Shown: in pieces, positions 38,955-51,607 of the stretch | Layout of the letters: every line of letters begins with the position of its first letter | How positions within the stretch are numbered: the first letter of the stretch is position 1 | NCBI GenBank assembly: GCA_041937175.2 | Contig: CP166615.1 | Span: 3,072,001-3,136,000, forward strand | From: Limnothrix sp. BL-A-16 | GTDB lineage: Bacteria; Cyanobacteriota; Cyanobacteriia; CACIAM-69d | Length of the DNA: 64,000 nucleotides | Direction: 5' to 3' | Translations under genes and position numbers: made by a program | Notes under the pieces: generated by a model | The model's input: the letters and a program-made list of their open reading frames with translations, nothing else | The model's database searches: none | Told to the model about the DNA's origin: nothing

Positions 38955-39116
38955 GATTGCTTCAGCAAAATCGCTCAAGCAATTGCCGAACCCGATTTGC
39001 TCAGCCAAAGTTCCCGAACCCGATTTGCTCAGCCAGAATTACCCGGACAGAATTGCCCAACCAGAATTATTCAGCCAAAATTGCTTAACCAAGTTTGCTG
39101 AACCAAATTTGCCTGA
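38955..39116 (+). repeat. Degenerate 14-bp tandem array (about 11 units, AATTGCCCAACCAG-like)
   Basis: aattgccgaacccg/atttgctcagccaa/agttcccgaacccg/atttgctcagccag/aattacccggacag/aattgcccaaccag/aattattcagccaa/aattgcttaaccaa/gtttgctgaaccaa. Confidence 0.85.
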
Positions 39117-39321
39117 CGGTCTGTTATCAAATTTCTAAAACCCTGATGTTGTCGTTTGGGTGACTGGTGGCTGCTGATGGTTTTGGGTATCCGCAGTTCC
39201 CGACTCTTCATGGTTAAAGGCTGTGGAGAGAGTCCTCGGGTGCTTAAGGTTAAGAGCGGTTCAGCGATGGTTGAGCCACGCATCCGAGCGAGGAAGAAGT
39301 GAACCAGAAAGGAGTGAGGAC

Positions 39322-39855
39322 ATGGCTGGTTTAACGCGAACAACGTGGATTCGGGCCGTTTTGGCCACAACTTGCATGGCGGCCACCGCAGCGGTGGTCA
39401 TGGTCGGTAACTCGTTACCGAGCAACGCCCAGCAAAGTTGGCCGCCGGGTTTTTATCGGCGAATGAGCGATTCCACTATCCGTTGGGTTGCGGGTGATGG
39501 TCGCATGTGCCGCGTGATGAATCGCGATCAGTTGACGGCTTTTGGGGGCGATGGTGTGGTGCGAGTGGTGGGCGATCGCTCCACGTTCGATCGGGGCCGG
39601 ACGGATACAGGGATTTGCCCCTGGCCCGATGGCATCTATCGCGAAAGCAACTGGCGCAATATTTGGCAGCTTCTCTACACCGTGGGCAGCCGTCGGTATT
39701 ACTGCAACATCACCACTCAGCAACACCTCCAGGCTTACAACTTGGTCGATGAGCAAACAAACCCTGTGATTCTGACGGTTCCTAATCGATCGCGCCTGGG
39801 CTTCAAGCGGGAATGGGCGGGGGACTGTGTTTGGCCCAACATCGGCGACAACTAA
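39322..39855 (+). CDS. Secreted hypothetical protein with two internal repeats of about 60-70 aa
   Basis: AAGGAG RBS; signal peptide ending PSNA; two units of WP.G.YR...C...L.A...R...G.C.WP. Confidence 0.7.
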   Translation: MAGLTRTTWIRAVLATTCMAATAAVVMVGNSLPSNAQQSWPPGFYRRMSDSTIRWVAGDGRMCRVMNRDQLTAFGGDGVVRVVGDRSTFDRGRTDTGICPWPDGIYRESNWRNIWQLLYTVGSRRYYCNITTQQHLQAYNLVDEQTNPVILTVPNRSRLGFKREWAGDCVWPNIGDN

Positions 39856-40260
39856 TCAACGAGATTGATGATAACGATCCGCTTCAGGGTTCTATGCCAA
39901 TGACTCGATCGACGGACTGATCGGCTGTCCTTGGTTTAGCGAGTAATAAAACTTAAAACCTCACCCCTTTAGTCGCTGGCTAGGCGATAGTAGCCTAGAG
40001 AGCAGCCACTTCACCCTGAATGGGACTGGCCTTCTGGGCTGTCCTTCCGATGTGGATGCGATTGTCACGGGCAGTCAGTCCGAGACTCAACATCGACGCG
40101 CCGATCGGGTTTCTCCAGATTTCTGGGGGCGATCAATGTAGCGTCAACCCATGGACGAATTAAACAGTTTCGACTGTTTAATTTAGGGCCGAAATTCCTG
40201 AGTCTTAGACCTGGGGATTGGGTCAAAAGAGAGAAAAATAAACCAAAGGAAGATAAACCT

Positions 40261-40476
40261 ATGGCGGTTCAACGCGGTGCTAAGGTGCGGGTTCTGCGCC
40301 CCGAGTCGTACTGGTATCGGGATGTGGGCACGGTTGCTTCGATCGACCAAAGCGGCATCAAATACTCGGTAATTGTCCGTTTTGATAAGGTCAATTACTC
40401 GAACATTAACACCAACAACTTCGCGCCCGAAGAGCTGGAAGTGGTGGAAGCACCGAAGGCTGCTGCGAAAAAATAG
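40261..40476 (+). CDS. psaE: Photosystem I reaction centre subunit IV
   Basis: [51 protein letters not shown]. Confidence 0.98.
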   Translation: MAVQRGAKVRVLRPESYWYRDVGTVASIDQSGIKYSVIVRFDKVNYSNINTNNFAPEELEVVEAPKAAAKK

Positions 40477-40587
40477 GCGAATCATCGCTGCGATCGCCCG
40501 TTGGGGATGGTGGCAGCGTTTCGCAAGCCAAGGCCGTTGGCCTTGGTCTGATTCGTGGGTTGGTTCTTTGCAAGGCCGGGGGATGTT

Positions 40588-41454
40588 GTGCCAGAGCTGC
40601 CAGAGGTAGAAACCGTCCGGCGGGGGTTGGCCACAGCAACTCCCGGCTGGCTGATTGTGGGGGGTGAGGTGCTGCTCGATCGGGCGGTGGCGGCCCCGGA
40701 ACCCGAGGCGTTTTTAGCGGGCTTGCAGGGCTGTTGCTTGGTGAGCTGGAAACGACGGGGCAAGTATTTGTTGGGCGAGTTGCAGCGAGCGCAACGGCCG
40801 GCCGGCTGGTTGGGGGCCCATTTGCGAATGACGGGCCAGTTTTTGTGGGTGGATCCGGCGACTCCGGTGCATCAGCATACGCGGATCCAATTGCGATTGC
40901 GATCCAACGAGATCGAGCGAGAATTGCGATTTGTGGATCAGCGCACCTTTGGGCATTTGTGGTGGGTGTCACCCGATCGCCCGATCGAGCAGGTGATTAC
41001 CGGTTTGGCTAAGTTGGGGCCGGAACCCTTTGACCCGGCTTTTTCGATCGATTATTTTGTGGAGCGGCTGCGAAAACGCCACAAAACCATCAAAGCCACC
41101 CTGCTGGATCAAGATCTAGTGGCCGGCTTGGGCAACATCTATGCCGATGAATCCCTTTTTTTGGCGGGAATTTGGCCAGAAACAAGGGCCGCAGACCTGA
41201 GCTGGGAACAAGTTGGCAAGCTCCATCGGCAAATTCGGCAAGTGCTGGAAGCCAGCTTGGCGGCGGGCGGCACAACCTTTAGCGATTTTGTGAACTTGGA
41301 AGGGGTAAACGGTAACTACGGCGGGGAAGCTTGGGTCTATAACCGCAAAGGGCAACCCTGCCGCGTTTGTGGCACGGCGATCGAGCGGTTGCGGATTGCG
41401 GGCCGATCGAGCCATGTTTGCCCTCAATGCCAGCTCCGATCGCCCCAAGCCTGA
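40588..41454 (+). CDS. mutM: Formamidopyrimidine-DNA glycosylase
   Basis: GTG-PELPEVE, RRGKYL, HLRMTG, GLGNIYADE, CRVC...CPQCQ zinc finger. Confidence 0.96.
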   Translation: MPELPEVETVRRGLATATPGWLIVGGEVLLDRAVAAPEPEAFLAGLQGCCLVSWKRRGKYLLGELQRAQRPAGWLGAHLRMTGQFLWVDPATPVHQHTRIQLRLRSNEIERELRFVDQRTFGHLWWVSPDRPIEQVITGLAKLGPEPFDPAFSIDYFVERLRKRHKTIKATLLDQDLVAGLGNIYADESLFLAGIWPETRAADLSWEQVGKLHRQIRQVLEASLAAGGTTFSDFVNLEGVNGNYGGEAWVYNRKGQPCRVCGTAIERLRIAGRSSHVCPQCQLRSPQA

Positions 41455-41482
41455 ACCTGGAGCCATGGGGGCTAATCAATGG

Positions 41483-44353
41483 CTATGGCTCCAGGATGGC
41501 CTGGGCCCGATCGGCCGCTGACTTCACCAACGCAGGCAAGCTGAGGCTGCTGTAGTTGGCAGGCATCGAAGACGGTGCGGCCGTGAACCCGTTGTTCTGC
41601 GTGGCTCCCGATTGGGTAGGGGCCGTAAAGGGCAGTTGAGGGCTGGTGGTCGATCGCCCGGTGGCCGGCTCTGGGCTGGTTGCCTCTGGGCCAATTTCAA
41701 AGGAAATCGATCGGCGCGGGTTGCTGCCCATGGGGCTAGGTGTTGCTGATGGGCTTTCCGCCCCAGCCGCGCCGGCCGCCACGGAACGGTTGCCAGACCC
41801 CAACGCTTCATCTGTAGGGGCTTCCGCATTGCGCACCAGTTCGCTCAGTTCTACGGCAGTCATCAGTTGCGCCAGCCGATCGCGTGCCGATTGGCCACTG
41901 GCTTGAATTCGCTGGCCGATCGCGCTGCCGTCAGAGGGACTGATGGGGTTCGCCTCAACTTGGGAGGGGCTTTGAGGGGCAATCGGGGCACTGGCCACGG
42001 CGGGCGAGCTGCTGGGCATCGGAGCCGCTGCGGGGCTGGGCAAGGGGGCAACCACGATCGGCGATTGCCCGTTGGCGGTTGCGGCCGATCGGGTGAAGCT
42101 CGGCAGTTGGGGTTGGGGGCGATCTCCAGTGGCCGTGAGTGGAGCCGTTGGGGCGATCGTCATTGGGAGGGCACTGGAACCAGGATTACCAAAACCGGGA
42201 TTGCTTGAGGCAGAATCACCCAAGCCAGAGTTGGGAGCCAGATTGGGAGCCGATCGAGCCGTCAACACCATGGATTGGGTCAGGGGTTGGTCAAACCGGC
42301 GGGAAATGTAGGTTAGCTCCTGCAAAATCTCCTTCGCCCGATCGCCCTTAGCCACCCGGGGTTGGTAGTTTTGCACCCGCACCGGCACAAAGTCCACCTT
42401 CATTTGGCGATCGCGCAGGGCCACCCTCAACACCGCCGTATCGTAGGTGCTGCGCGAGTGGCCACCAAAAATGAAATTACCCAAGGAATAGACAATCGCC
42501 CGATCCTTGTAAACCTCAGCGCCTTGCAGCACATGGGGATGGTGACCCACCACCAAATCCGCCCCCGCATCAATAGCCCGTCGGGCGATCGACCGCTGGT
42601 AGGGAGCGGGATAGCGTGCTAGTTCTTCGCCCCAGTGGAAATTCACCACCACCCAATCCACCTGATCGCGCACGGCTTGGATATCTGCCGCCAAGGCCTC
42701 GTTTTCGCGTGGGTTAGTGCCCGCGCTGGTTTCCGTGGCCGCGTGCCAATGGGCGTTGTAATAGCCAAAGTAGGCAATCCGTTGACCCTTCACCTCCAAA
42801 ATTTTGGGGCGACGGGCTTCGGTGATGTTTTCCCCGGCCCCGATCGCGTGGATATCGCTTTGATCCAAGGCTGCCAAGGTGTCCAACAGACCCGGCCGGT
42901 TATAGTCCATTGTGTGGTTGTTGGCCAGGGTCACCAGATCAATGCCCCCCGCTTCCAGGGCGGCCACCGATTCCGGCTCGGCGCGGAAATTGAACCGCTT
43001 GCCCGATCGCTTACGGTCAGCATCCGTAATTGGGTTTTCCAAATTCACCATCGCCACATCGACCGATCGGGACTCGGGAAACTGGGCCAAGGCCGCCGAC
43101 CAATCCCCGCCTAACCGTCGCTTCACCCGATCGCTCAGGGTCACATCCCCCCCAAACATCAACGTCACCGCTGGATCCGTGGGATTGGCGGGCGGGTGAT
43201 TCACCACTGGCAACAGTTCCAAGGCTCCCTGCACCACGGGCGGACGCACTTGCCGCACCCGATTGGCCACGGGGGCGATCGCCGGGCGTAGGGGCAAGAT
43301 TTGTTCCGTGGGGTTGCCGCTGCGAGGACTGGCCACGGGTTGCTGGGGACGCGATCGGGTGGCATCGGGCGACGAACTAGCCAACCACAGGGCCAACACG
43401 AAGGGTACGATCGTTGCCCCGCCCAACAACACCGATCGCCAAATGGGTTCCAGGGCCGGATCCGTAGCCCATTGGGTTAGCCCCGCTAGCCCTAACTCCC
43501 GCCGACCCGCCGGAGCCGCAATCCGAATCGTTTGTTGCCAGAGGGGATCTGCCTGCCCCGTGACTGTGGCCCGAATTCGCACGCCGCTGACTTGGCCTTG
43601 TTCTGAGGCGTTGAATTGCCACAGTCGTCGGCAAATGGTTTGGACAATATAGGGTTGACTCAGGGACTCTGAAGCGCTGTCTGAAGGGCTGCCTGAAGGG
43701 CTTGAGGTCGCCAGACTTTCCCCATCACTGGAGGTGACTTCGGCGGCCGTTGCTGACATTGCAGCCTCCGGTGGCAACTGCACCTCCACCACCAAGCAGC
43801 GACCATTGAGCCGATCGACCGTTAGCCCAGCCCCCAAGCTTTGCCCCACCGGTTGCAGCCATTGGGAAATAGTGCCCAGATCCATGCCAACGGGCGACTT
43901 CCAGCGATCGCGCGTGGCCGTTGCCAGCGCTGACCAACCATCTCGCGCCACCAACCAGCTATGGGCCAAGCGTTGCATCACCCGCTGCTCGGGCGATCGG
44001 GGTAATGCCTGCTGATAATAGGCCGTGGAACTCAGGCCCGGCCGCTGCTCCAACTGCACCGATTGCTGCCACAGCAATTCCGGTTGGCCCATGCGCCGGG
44101 CCATGATCCGCACCCCTTCCACCGTCGCCAAATTCAAGCTATGGAGTCGGTGGCAGATGAACCGCACCAACCGATCGCGCTCCGGTTCTTGTTGGCACTC
44201 CACCCACACATCAATCTGGCCGCTCATTTGCGCCGAAACCTTGGTGCGGATGCCATGGGGAGCCAGGTAGCGATCGAACCAACTCGCCAACGTGCCCGCA
44301 TCCCACGTCAACCCGATGCTTCCCGAACCACTAACCCCAGCCGCATAAACCAT
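41483..44353 (-). CDS. CapA (PGA_cap) family metallophosphoesterase with N-terminal repeats and Pro/Ser-rich tail
   Basis: GGDV, VNLENPI, LANNHTMDY, HWGEE, VVGHHPHVLQ, YSLGNFIF. Confidence 0.85.
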   Translation of the reverse strand: MVYAAGVSGSGSIGLTWDAGTLASWFDRYLAPHGIRTKVSAQMSGQIDVWVECQQEPERDRLVRFICHRLHSLNLATVEGVRIMARRMGQPELLWQQSVQLEQRPGLSSTAYYQQALPRSPEQRVMQRLAHSWLVARDGWSALATATRDRWKSPVGMDLGTISQWLQPVGQSLGAGLTVDRLNGRCLVVEVQLPPEAAMSATAAEVTSSDGESLATSSPSGSPSDSASESLSQPYIVQTICRRLWQFNASEQGQVSGVRIRATVTGQADPLWQQTIRIAAPAGRRELGLAGLTQWATDPALEPIWRSVLLGGATIVPFVLALWLASSSPDATRSRPQQPVASPRSGNPTEQILPLRPAIAPVANRVRQVRPPVVQGALELLPVVNHPPANPTDPAVTLMFGGDVTLSDRVKRRLGGDWSAALAQFPESRSVDVAMVNLENPITDADRKRSGKRFNFRAEPESVAALEAGGIDLVTLANNHTMDYNRPGLLDTLAALDQSDIHAIGAGENITEARRPKILEVKGQRIAYFGYYNAHWHAATETSAGTNPRENEALAADIQAVRDQVDWVVVNFHWGEELARYPAPYQRSIARRAIDAGADLVVGHHPHVLQGAEVYKDRAIVYSLGNFIFGGHSRSTYDTAVLRVALRDRQMKVDFVPVRVQNYQPRVAKGDRAKEILQELTYISRRFDQPLTQSMVLTARSAPNLAPNSGLGDSASSNPGFGNPGSSALPMTIAPTAPLTATGDRPQPQLPSFTRSAATANGQSPIVVAPLPSPAAAPMPSSSPAVASAPIAPQSPSQVEANPISPSDGSAIGQRIQASGQSARDRLAQLMTAVELSELVRNAEAPTDEALGSGNRSVAAGAAGAESPSATPSPMGSNPRRSISFEIGPEATSPEPATGRSTTSPQLPFTAPTQSGATQNNGFTAAPSSMPANYSSLSLPALVKSAADRAQAILEP

Positions 44354-44775
44354 TGTGTTCTAACTCCTCAACATCACGCGATCGGGCCCTGGGCGATCGG
44401 GGAATCGATCAACCGGGGCGATCGCTGGCGATGAACCCACTTAGTTGCCTGAACCGCTTGAATTACTTGGATTACTGGCACTGCTGAAACTGTAAGAATT
44501 GCAGGAACTGTTTGCACAGTGCTGCTATCCAGTCGTGATCTAAAAACTTACCCGCATCAAACTTGTTTGGGTAGGTTTGTTTGAGCAGTCTCTCAACCGT
44601 ATTTCAGCAGGATCGCAATCTCAATCTCAATCGGTTTTAAACGATATGTGCGCAGGTTGCATGTTTTTGGGGCCGTCCCCTGGGGCGATTGCGAGCGCCT
44701 ATAGCATCGCACCGATCGCTCCAAATCGGCTAACCCACGCCCCGGCCCCACGGCTTTGCGATCAGACAACAATGG

Positions 44776-44860
44776 TTGATTTTCCATGCCCCAATCGTCG
44801 TAACAAGGGGCTTGAGCATCTTGTCTTCCATGGTCTGCTAACGGTGGAATCAGGGTTTCA
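44776..44860. repeat. 85-bp dispersed repeat, copy B
   Basis: Matches 13660-13744. Confidence 0.85.
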
Positions 44861-44903
44861 GGCAAGGTTTCAGGCAACTTGACAACATGCCCCCAGCCAA
44901 AAC

Positions 44904-46211
44904 CTAGAACAGGCTTTCTAGCCAATCCGCAATGCCCATGGCAATTCCCGGCTTGTCTAACATCCGCAGGGGCGATCGATCCCGCGTGACCAAATAGGCC
45001 ACCTGTTCCCCCCGGGGCCCCGTCTCATTCCCCCGATTGGCCACCACTGCCAAGTGACCCCGCTGGAGCCGATCGTGGGCAATTTGCATCAGGGCTTCGT
45101 GAGTCACCCCCTCTTGATATTTGAAGCTGATCAGGCCTAACTGGGGAGCCAACTCGCTCACCAGGTCAATCACCTTTTCCGTGGGTTGCAGTTGGATGGT
45201 CTTCCACTGGCCGCCGCTGGGAATTTTGCCCGGGTGAATTTGCACGGGTTGATAGTCCGCCACGGCCGCCGAGAAAATCCCAAACCGATAATCCCGCTCC
45301 TGCAACAGGGACAACACCCGATCGCGGTAGTCCTGATAGGTCGGTGTAATGGTGTGGGGGATCCAGTCCGGTGGCGTGGTGGTTCCTGCCCCATGCACTA
45401 GATGCACCTGGGAGCCTCGGAGATAAAGTTCTTTGGCAATTTCAATCCCCAATTGCCCCGTGAAGCAGTTGGTAATTCGGCGAATGGCATCCAAGGGAAC
45501 CGGCGTTGGCCCACCGGTCACGATCATCGGCACACCGCGCAGGGGCGATCGACTCAGCAGTCGGCAAACATTCACCACAATGGTTTGCAGATCGGGCAAG
45601 TTGTTCTTGCCGTAGGCGCGGCGGGGTTGAATCATCCGTACCCCAATCGATCGCAGGGCCTGCAACGAATCCGTCAGGAGGGAGTTGTGCATCGTGCCAT
45701 GCATTGTCGGAGCCACCAACACCTCCGTGCGGCCTGCCTCCATGCGCCCAATGGCCGAAGCCAGGGTCGCCGTCACTACGCCATCAGCAATCCCCAGCCG
45801 CATCTTATTAATCGTGTCGTAGGTGGCGGGAGCCACTAAGTAAGCCGCGAAGGGGTGAGCATCGCTCAGGTGTTCGGCCGCCGCCGTAAGCTTGGTGACA
45901 ACGGGGTTTGTGGTGCTCCATTCCAGGGCCTCCAACGTGACGTAGCGGCGGGCTTCCTTTGACACAAAGGCCACCACATCCGCTCCTTGGCGACGCAGGG
46001 CCCGGGCCACATCAGGCGATCGATAGGCGGCAATGCTGCCACAAACGAGGAGGGCAATGCGCCGGCCGGCCAGATGCATCCCATCCAACAGCACCTCGCG
46101 ATCCCCCATTTCAGAGGGCGGCGGAGGCGACAAATCCCAATCATCCATAGGGGGATTGATAGGCCTAGAAGAGGGGTCAAAATACCAGGAAAATGAGTCG
46201 GCAACGGTCAT
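44904..46211 (-). CDS. CoaBC-like bifunctional flavoprotein (atypical active-site motifs)
   Basis: GSIAAY, VAPATYDTINK..LGIAD, TGGPT...D.IRRITN..TG.LG, SAAVADY, GKIPSG. Confidence 0.8.
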   Translation of the reverse strand: MTVADSFSWYFDPSSRPINPPMDDWDLSPPPPSEMGDREVLLDGMHLAGRRIALLVCGSIAAYRSPDVARALRRQGADVVAFVSKEARRYVTLEALEWSTTNPVVTKLTAAAEHLSDAHPFAAYLVAPATYDTINKMRLGIADGVVTATLASAIGRMEAGRTEVLVAPTMHGTMHNSLLTDSLQALRSIGVRMIQPRRAYGKNNLPDLQTIVVNVCRLLSRSPLRGVPMIVTGGPTPVPLDAIRRITNCFTGQLGIEIAKELYLRGSQVHLVHGAGTTTPPDWIPHTITPTYQDYRDRVLSLLQERDYRFGIFSAAVADYQPVQIHPGKIPSGGQWKTIQLQPTEKVIDLVSELAPQLGLISFKYQEGVTHEALMQIAHDRLQRGHLAVVANRGNETGPRGEQVAYLVTRDRSPLRMLDKPGIAMGIADWLESLF

Positions 46212-46500
46212 GGAGCAATCGGGGTCAGGAAGCTACCTGGATGGCTGGAAAGGTTGCCAACGGATGATGAAAAGTCTATTGAAAAATGGCTATTGAGTGG
46301 AAAAAGTCTTCAGAAATCGAGTCAATAGGATTGAAACGACTGCAACAGTTGAATTGACAATTCAAAACGATCAAAAACGATTAAAACAGTTGAATTTAAG
46401 TTGCACTTGAGCGAAATCATCTTCAATCCAAGAAAACTTGCACGGAGTCATCTTGGATTTAAGCGGTGGGTTGGGTCGTGCTTCCGGCCAGTGGTTGGGG

Positions 46501-47097
46501 CTAGCGGCTGGCGAGACCGAACCGATCGAGCGGCCAAAACCGCCACCAGGCCCGCCCGATCGCGTTCTCGATCGGCAAAAAGCCCCACACATGGGAGTCA
46601 TTGCTATTGTTGCGGTTATCACCCATGACAAACAACATTTGTGCAGGAACGGTGACGGGCGTTAGCTCATAGGTGGGTGGTTCCAGGGTGTAAGGCTCCG
46701 TGAGGGGTTGGTCATCCACATAAACCTGGCCGTTTTTGACGGCGATGGTTTGGCCCGGAAACCCAATCACCCGCTTAATAAACGCTTGATCGCGGGGGTA
46801 GCCAAGGGCTTGCAGTTGGGGCGGCGGCGCAAAAACCACAATGTCGCCCCGTTGCAGGGGCCGAAACCAGTGGGAAATTTTTTCCACCACCAGCCGATCG
46901 CCCACGGCCAAAGTGGGGTACATCGACTCAGAGGGAATGACGCGCGGTTCTGCCACAAAGGTGCGAATCAACAGGGCCAGCACCAGGGCAATGCCGATAA
47001 TTTGCACGCTTTCCCGCCACCGCTGCCAACCGGATGGGCGATCGGGCAAGGGGCTGGGCTTGGGGCAATCGGCTGAATTTTGACTCAGTGGGGCCAT
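46501..47097 (-). CDS. lepB: Signal peptidase I
   Basis: IPSESMYPTL..GDRL, RGDIVVF, FIKRVIG.PG, MGDNRNNSNDS. Confidence 0.95.
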   Translation of the reverse strand: MAPLSQNSADCPKPSPLPDRPSGWQRWRESVQIIGIALVLALLIRTFVAEPRVIPSESMYPTLAVGDRLVVEKISHWFRPLQRGDIVVFAPPPQLQALGYPRDQAFIKRVIGFPGQTIAVKNGQVYVDDQPLTEPYTLEPPTYELTPVTVPAQMLFVMGDNRNNSNDSHVWGFLPIENAIGRAWWRFWPLDRFGLASR

Positions 47098-47429
47098 GAA
47101 CAACGTTCTCCAAAAGTTCTGTTGATTAACCCCCAACAGCATGGGTGGAAAAGAGGAATGGGAACAATGGGCCTATGTGGCTTTTGGGGTTCCGGACGGT
47201 GTTTCCTGCACTGGGTTAAAAATGCTGGCAAATTGAAGATCAAGGGCCAGCAATGCCCAGAAACCAGCGCAAGGGACACTGAACGCATGGTACAGGAGCA
47301 ATTCACACCTGGTGCATTCTCACCGGCAGTTTATTAATTCAACGCTGTCGATTCATCATGTTCGGGCAGCCCCCCAAGTCAAGGGACTGAACGATCTTCC
47401 CGCTACTTTTTGGATTGAGCAATTAACTT

Positions 47430-49822
<2,393 letters not shown>

Positions 49823-49937
49823 TCAAAAGCCAGTGCGATCCAGATGGCGCGATCAATGGGTAAGCCTCGCGCGTCAACCGGCATCAGCGATCTGCATCAG
49901 CGATCTGCATCAGTGATTTGATGTCAAAGCGATCGCA

Positions 49938-49952
49938 TGAGAATGATTATCA
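49938..49952. promoter_or_regulatory. Zur (Fur-family) box between divergent hemB and folE
   Basis: TGAGAATGATTATCA has 1 mismatch to the 7-1-7 palindrome TGATAATnATTATCA and extends into TTATAAT. Confidence 0.75.
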
Positions 49953-50158
49953 TTATAATTTCTAGAGGGAAATTCAAGCCAGTTGCTCCAAATAACTGGT
50001 CTGATGCCAACCCCAGTCATGGAGCCAACGCTGGTTTCTAGGGCTGAATGGGTTGCGCCGCCCAAACTCTGAATCTCTTCAACCTGCACGCTCACCTACC
50101 CGATCGGGCTGGGTGGGCGTTTCCCAATCCACTCCAATTCACCGCGATCTCAATCCCT

Positions 50159-50794
50159 ATGACCCTTTCGATCGAGTCACCTCGGCCCAACCTGATCACC
50201 ACGGCGGCCAAACCCCCCGTCAGCCAGGCCGAGATGGAGCAAGCTGTGCGGACGCTGTTAATTGGATTGGGGGAAGATCCCGATCGCGAAGGCCTGCGCG
50301 ACACCCCCAAGCGAGTGGTCAAAGCCTTGCAGTTTCTGACTTCGGGCTATCGACAATCCCTCGATGAACTGCTCAATGGTGCTGTTTTTCACGAAAACGC
50401 CAATGAGATGGTCTTGGTGCGCGATATTGACCTGTTTAGCTCCTGCGAACACCACATCCTGCCGATTATTGGCCGGGCCCACGTGGCCTACATTCCCGAT
50501 GGCCGAGTGATTGGCCTGTCTAAAATCGCTCGGATTTGCGAAATGTATGCCCGACGGCTCCAAGTGCAAGAGCGGTTGACGGCCCAAATTGCCGATGCGA
50601 TTCAAGGGTTGCTAATGCCCCAAGGGGTGGCCGTGGTGGTGGAAGCAACCCACATGTGCATGGTGATGCGTGGGGTGCAAAAGCCAGGATCCTGGACTGT
50701 GACCAGCGCGGTGCGTGGAGTTTTTGCGGAAGATCCGAAAACCCGCCAGGAGTTCATGGATTTGGTGATGCACCAACGAGGATTCCGCGCCTAG
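50159..50794 (+). CDS. folE: GTP cyclohydrolase I
   Basis: [45 protein letters not shown]. Confidence 0.96.
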   Translation: MTLSIESPRPNLITTAAKPPVSQAEMEQAVRTLLIGLGEDPDREGLRDTPKRVVKALQFLTSGYRQSLDELLNGAVFHENANEMVLVRDIDLFSSCEHHILPIIGRAHVAYIPDGRVIGLSKIARICEMYARRLQVQERLTAQIADAIQGLLMPQGVAVVVEATHMCMVMRGVQKPGSWTVTSAVRGVFAEDPKTRQEFMDLVMHQRGFRA

Positions 50795-50836
50795 ATCTCT
50801 AGGCTTTAGATTTCTAGGCCTGGGTCTCTAGGCTGA

Positions 50837-50966
50837 GAGGATGTCTGAAAAGCCAAAATTGCTACTCTGTACGCCCCAGTGATCGACTTAGACAAGATGC
50901 TCAAGCCCCTTGTCCCCCCGACTATTGGTGCTTGCCCGTGCCAAAGAATACTTTTTAAACATCCTC
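50837..50966. mobile_element. MITE copy 3 (130 bp)
   Basis: Same TIRs; TGA/TGA target-site duplication; sits inside a ..TCTCTAGGC.. tandem repeat. Confidence 0.9.
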
Positions 50967-51200
50967 TGAGGTCTCTAGGCTAAAGATCTAAAAGTCTCTG
51001 GCCTGTGACGACATTTGGGGGGCTGCTGGCCCCCTGCCAGCCAATCTGGTCTTTTGAGGGGGCTGATTTCGCTGGGTTAGGCAACCCCAATCAATCGCCA
51101 CCAGCGCCGTAACCAGCAAGGAATCGATCGGAAAAGGGATAAATCCAATGAAGAATCCAAAAATCGACAATAGAGCAACAAAAATAGAGCAGTAAAAAAT

Positions 51201-51225
51201 AAAAAAGGACTGCCTAGGCAGCCCT
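51201..51225 (-). terminator. Intrinsic terminator downstream of hli
   Basis: Minus strand AGGGCTGC-CTAG-GCAGTCCT followed by a T run. Confidence 0.7.
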
Positions 51226-51354
51226 GGATGATTCCTTAGGTGATGGATTCTTTAGAGATCGAAGGGAAACTTAATGTTGATTGACCAAAAGAAGACTTGC
51301 TGAGAACGGATTCCTTGAAAAATGAGAATCCGTGGGTCTCGGATGGCGGGTCAA

Positions 51355-51567
51355 TTACAGGTTGGTGAGCCAAGTCACAACGCCATGGCCGGTGACCAAT
51401 TCCACAGCCAGGGCAGACAGGAAGCCAATCATCGCCAGGCGACCGTTCAGTTGTTCGGCGTATTGGGTGAAGCCCACACGCTGCACGTCGTCTACATAGA
51501 CCTTGGGTTCAACAGCAAAGTTGTTCAGACGACCCAGTTCTTCCGTGGTGTAGCCGCGTTGCGTCAT
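51355..51567 (-). CDS. hli: High-light-inducible protein (HliA/HliB-type SCP)
   Basis: RGYTTEELGRLNNFAVEPKVY...AEQLNGRLAMIGF chlorophyll-binding motif. Confidence 0.93.
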   Translation of the reverse strand: MTQRGYTTEELGRLNNFAVEPKVYVDDVQRVGFTQYAEQLNGRLAMIGFLSALAVELVTGHGVVTWLTNL

Positions 51568-51589
51568 GGTGATTGCTCTTGTTTGGGGT

Positions 51590-51607
51590 GTTGTAAACAA
51601 TTGTAAC
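51590..51607 (-). promoter_or_regulatory. HLR1 element (RpaB site) upstream of hli
   Basis: Minus strand GTTACAAT-TG-TTTACAAC versus consensus (G/T)TTACA(T/A)(T/A)-N2-(G/T)TTACA(T/A)(T/A); more TTACA half-sites up to about 51640. Confidence 0.75.

Noticed and set aside
38955..39116. Possible CRISPR array (also 31171-31240 and 650-754)
   Set aside because: Units are 14-15 bp and contiguous, with no unique spacers and no cas genes.
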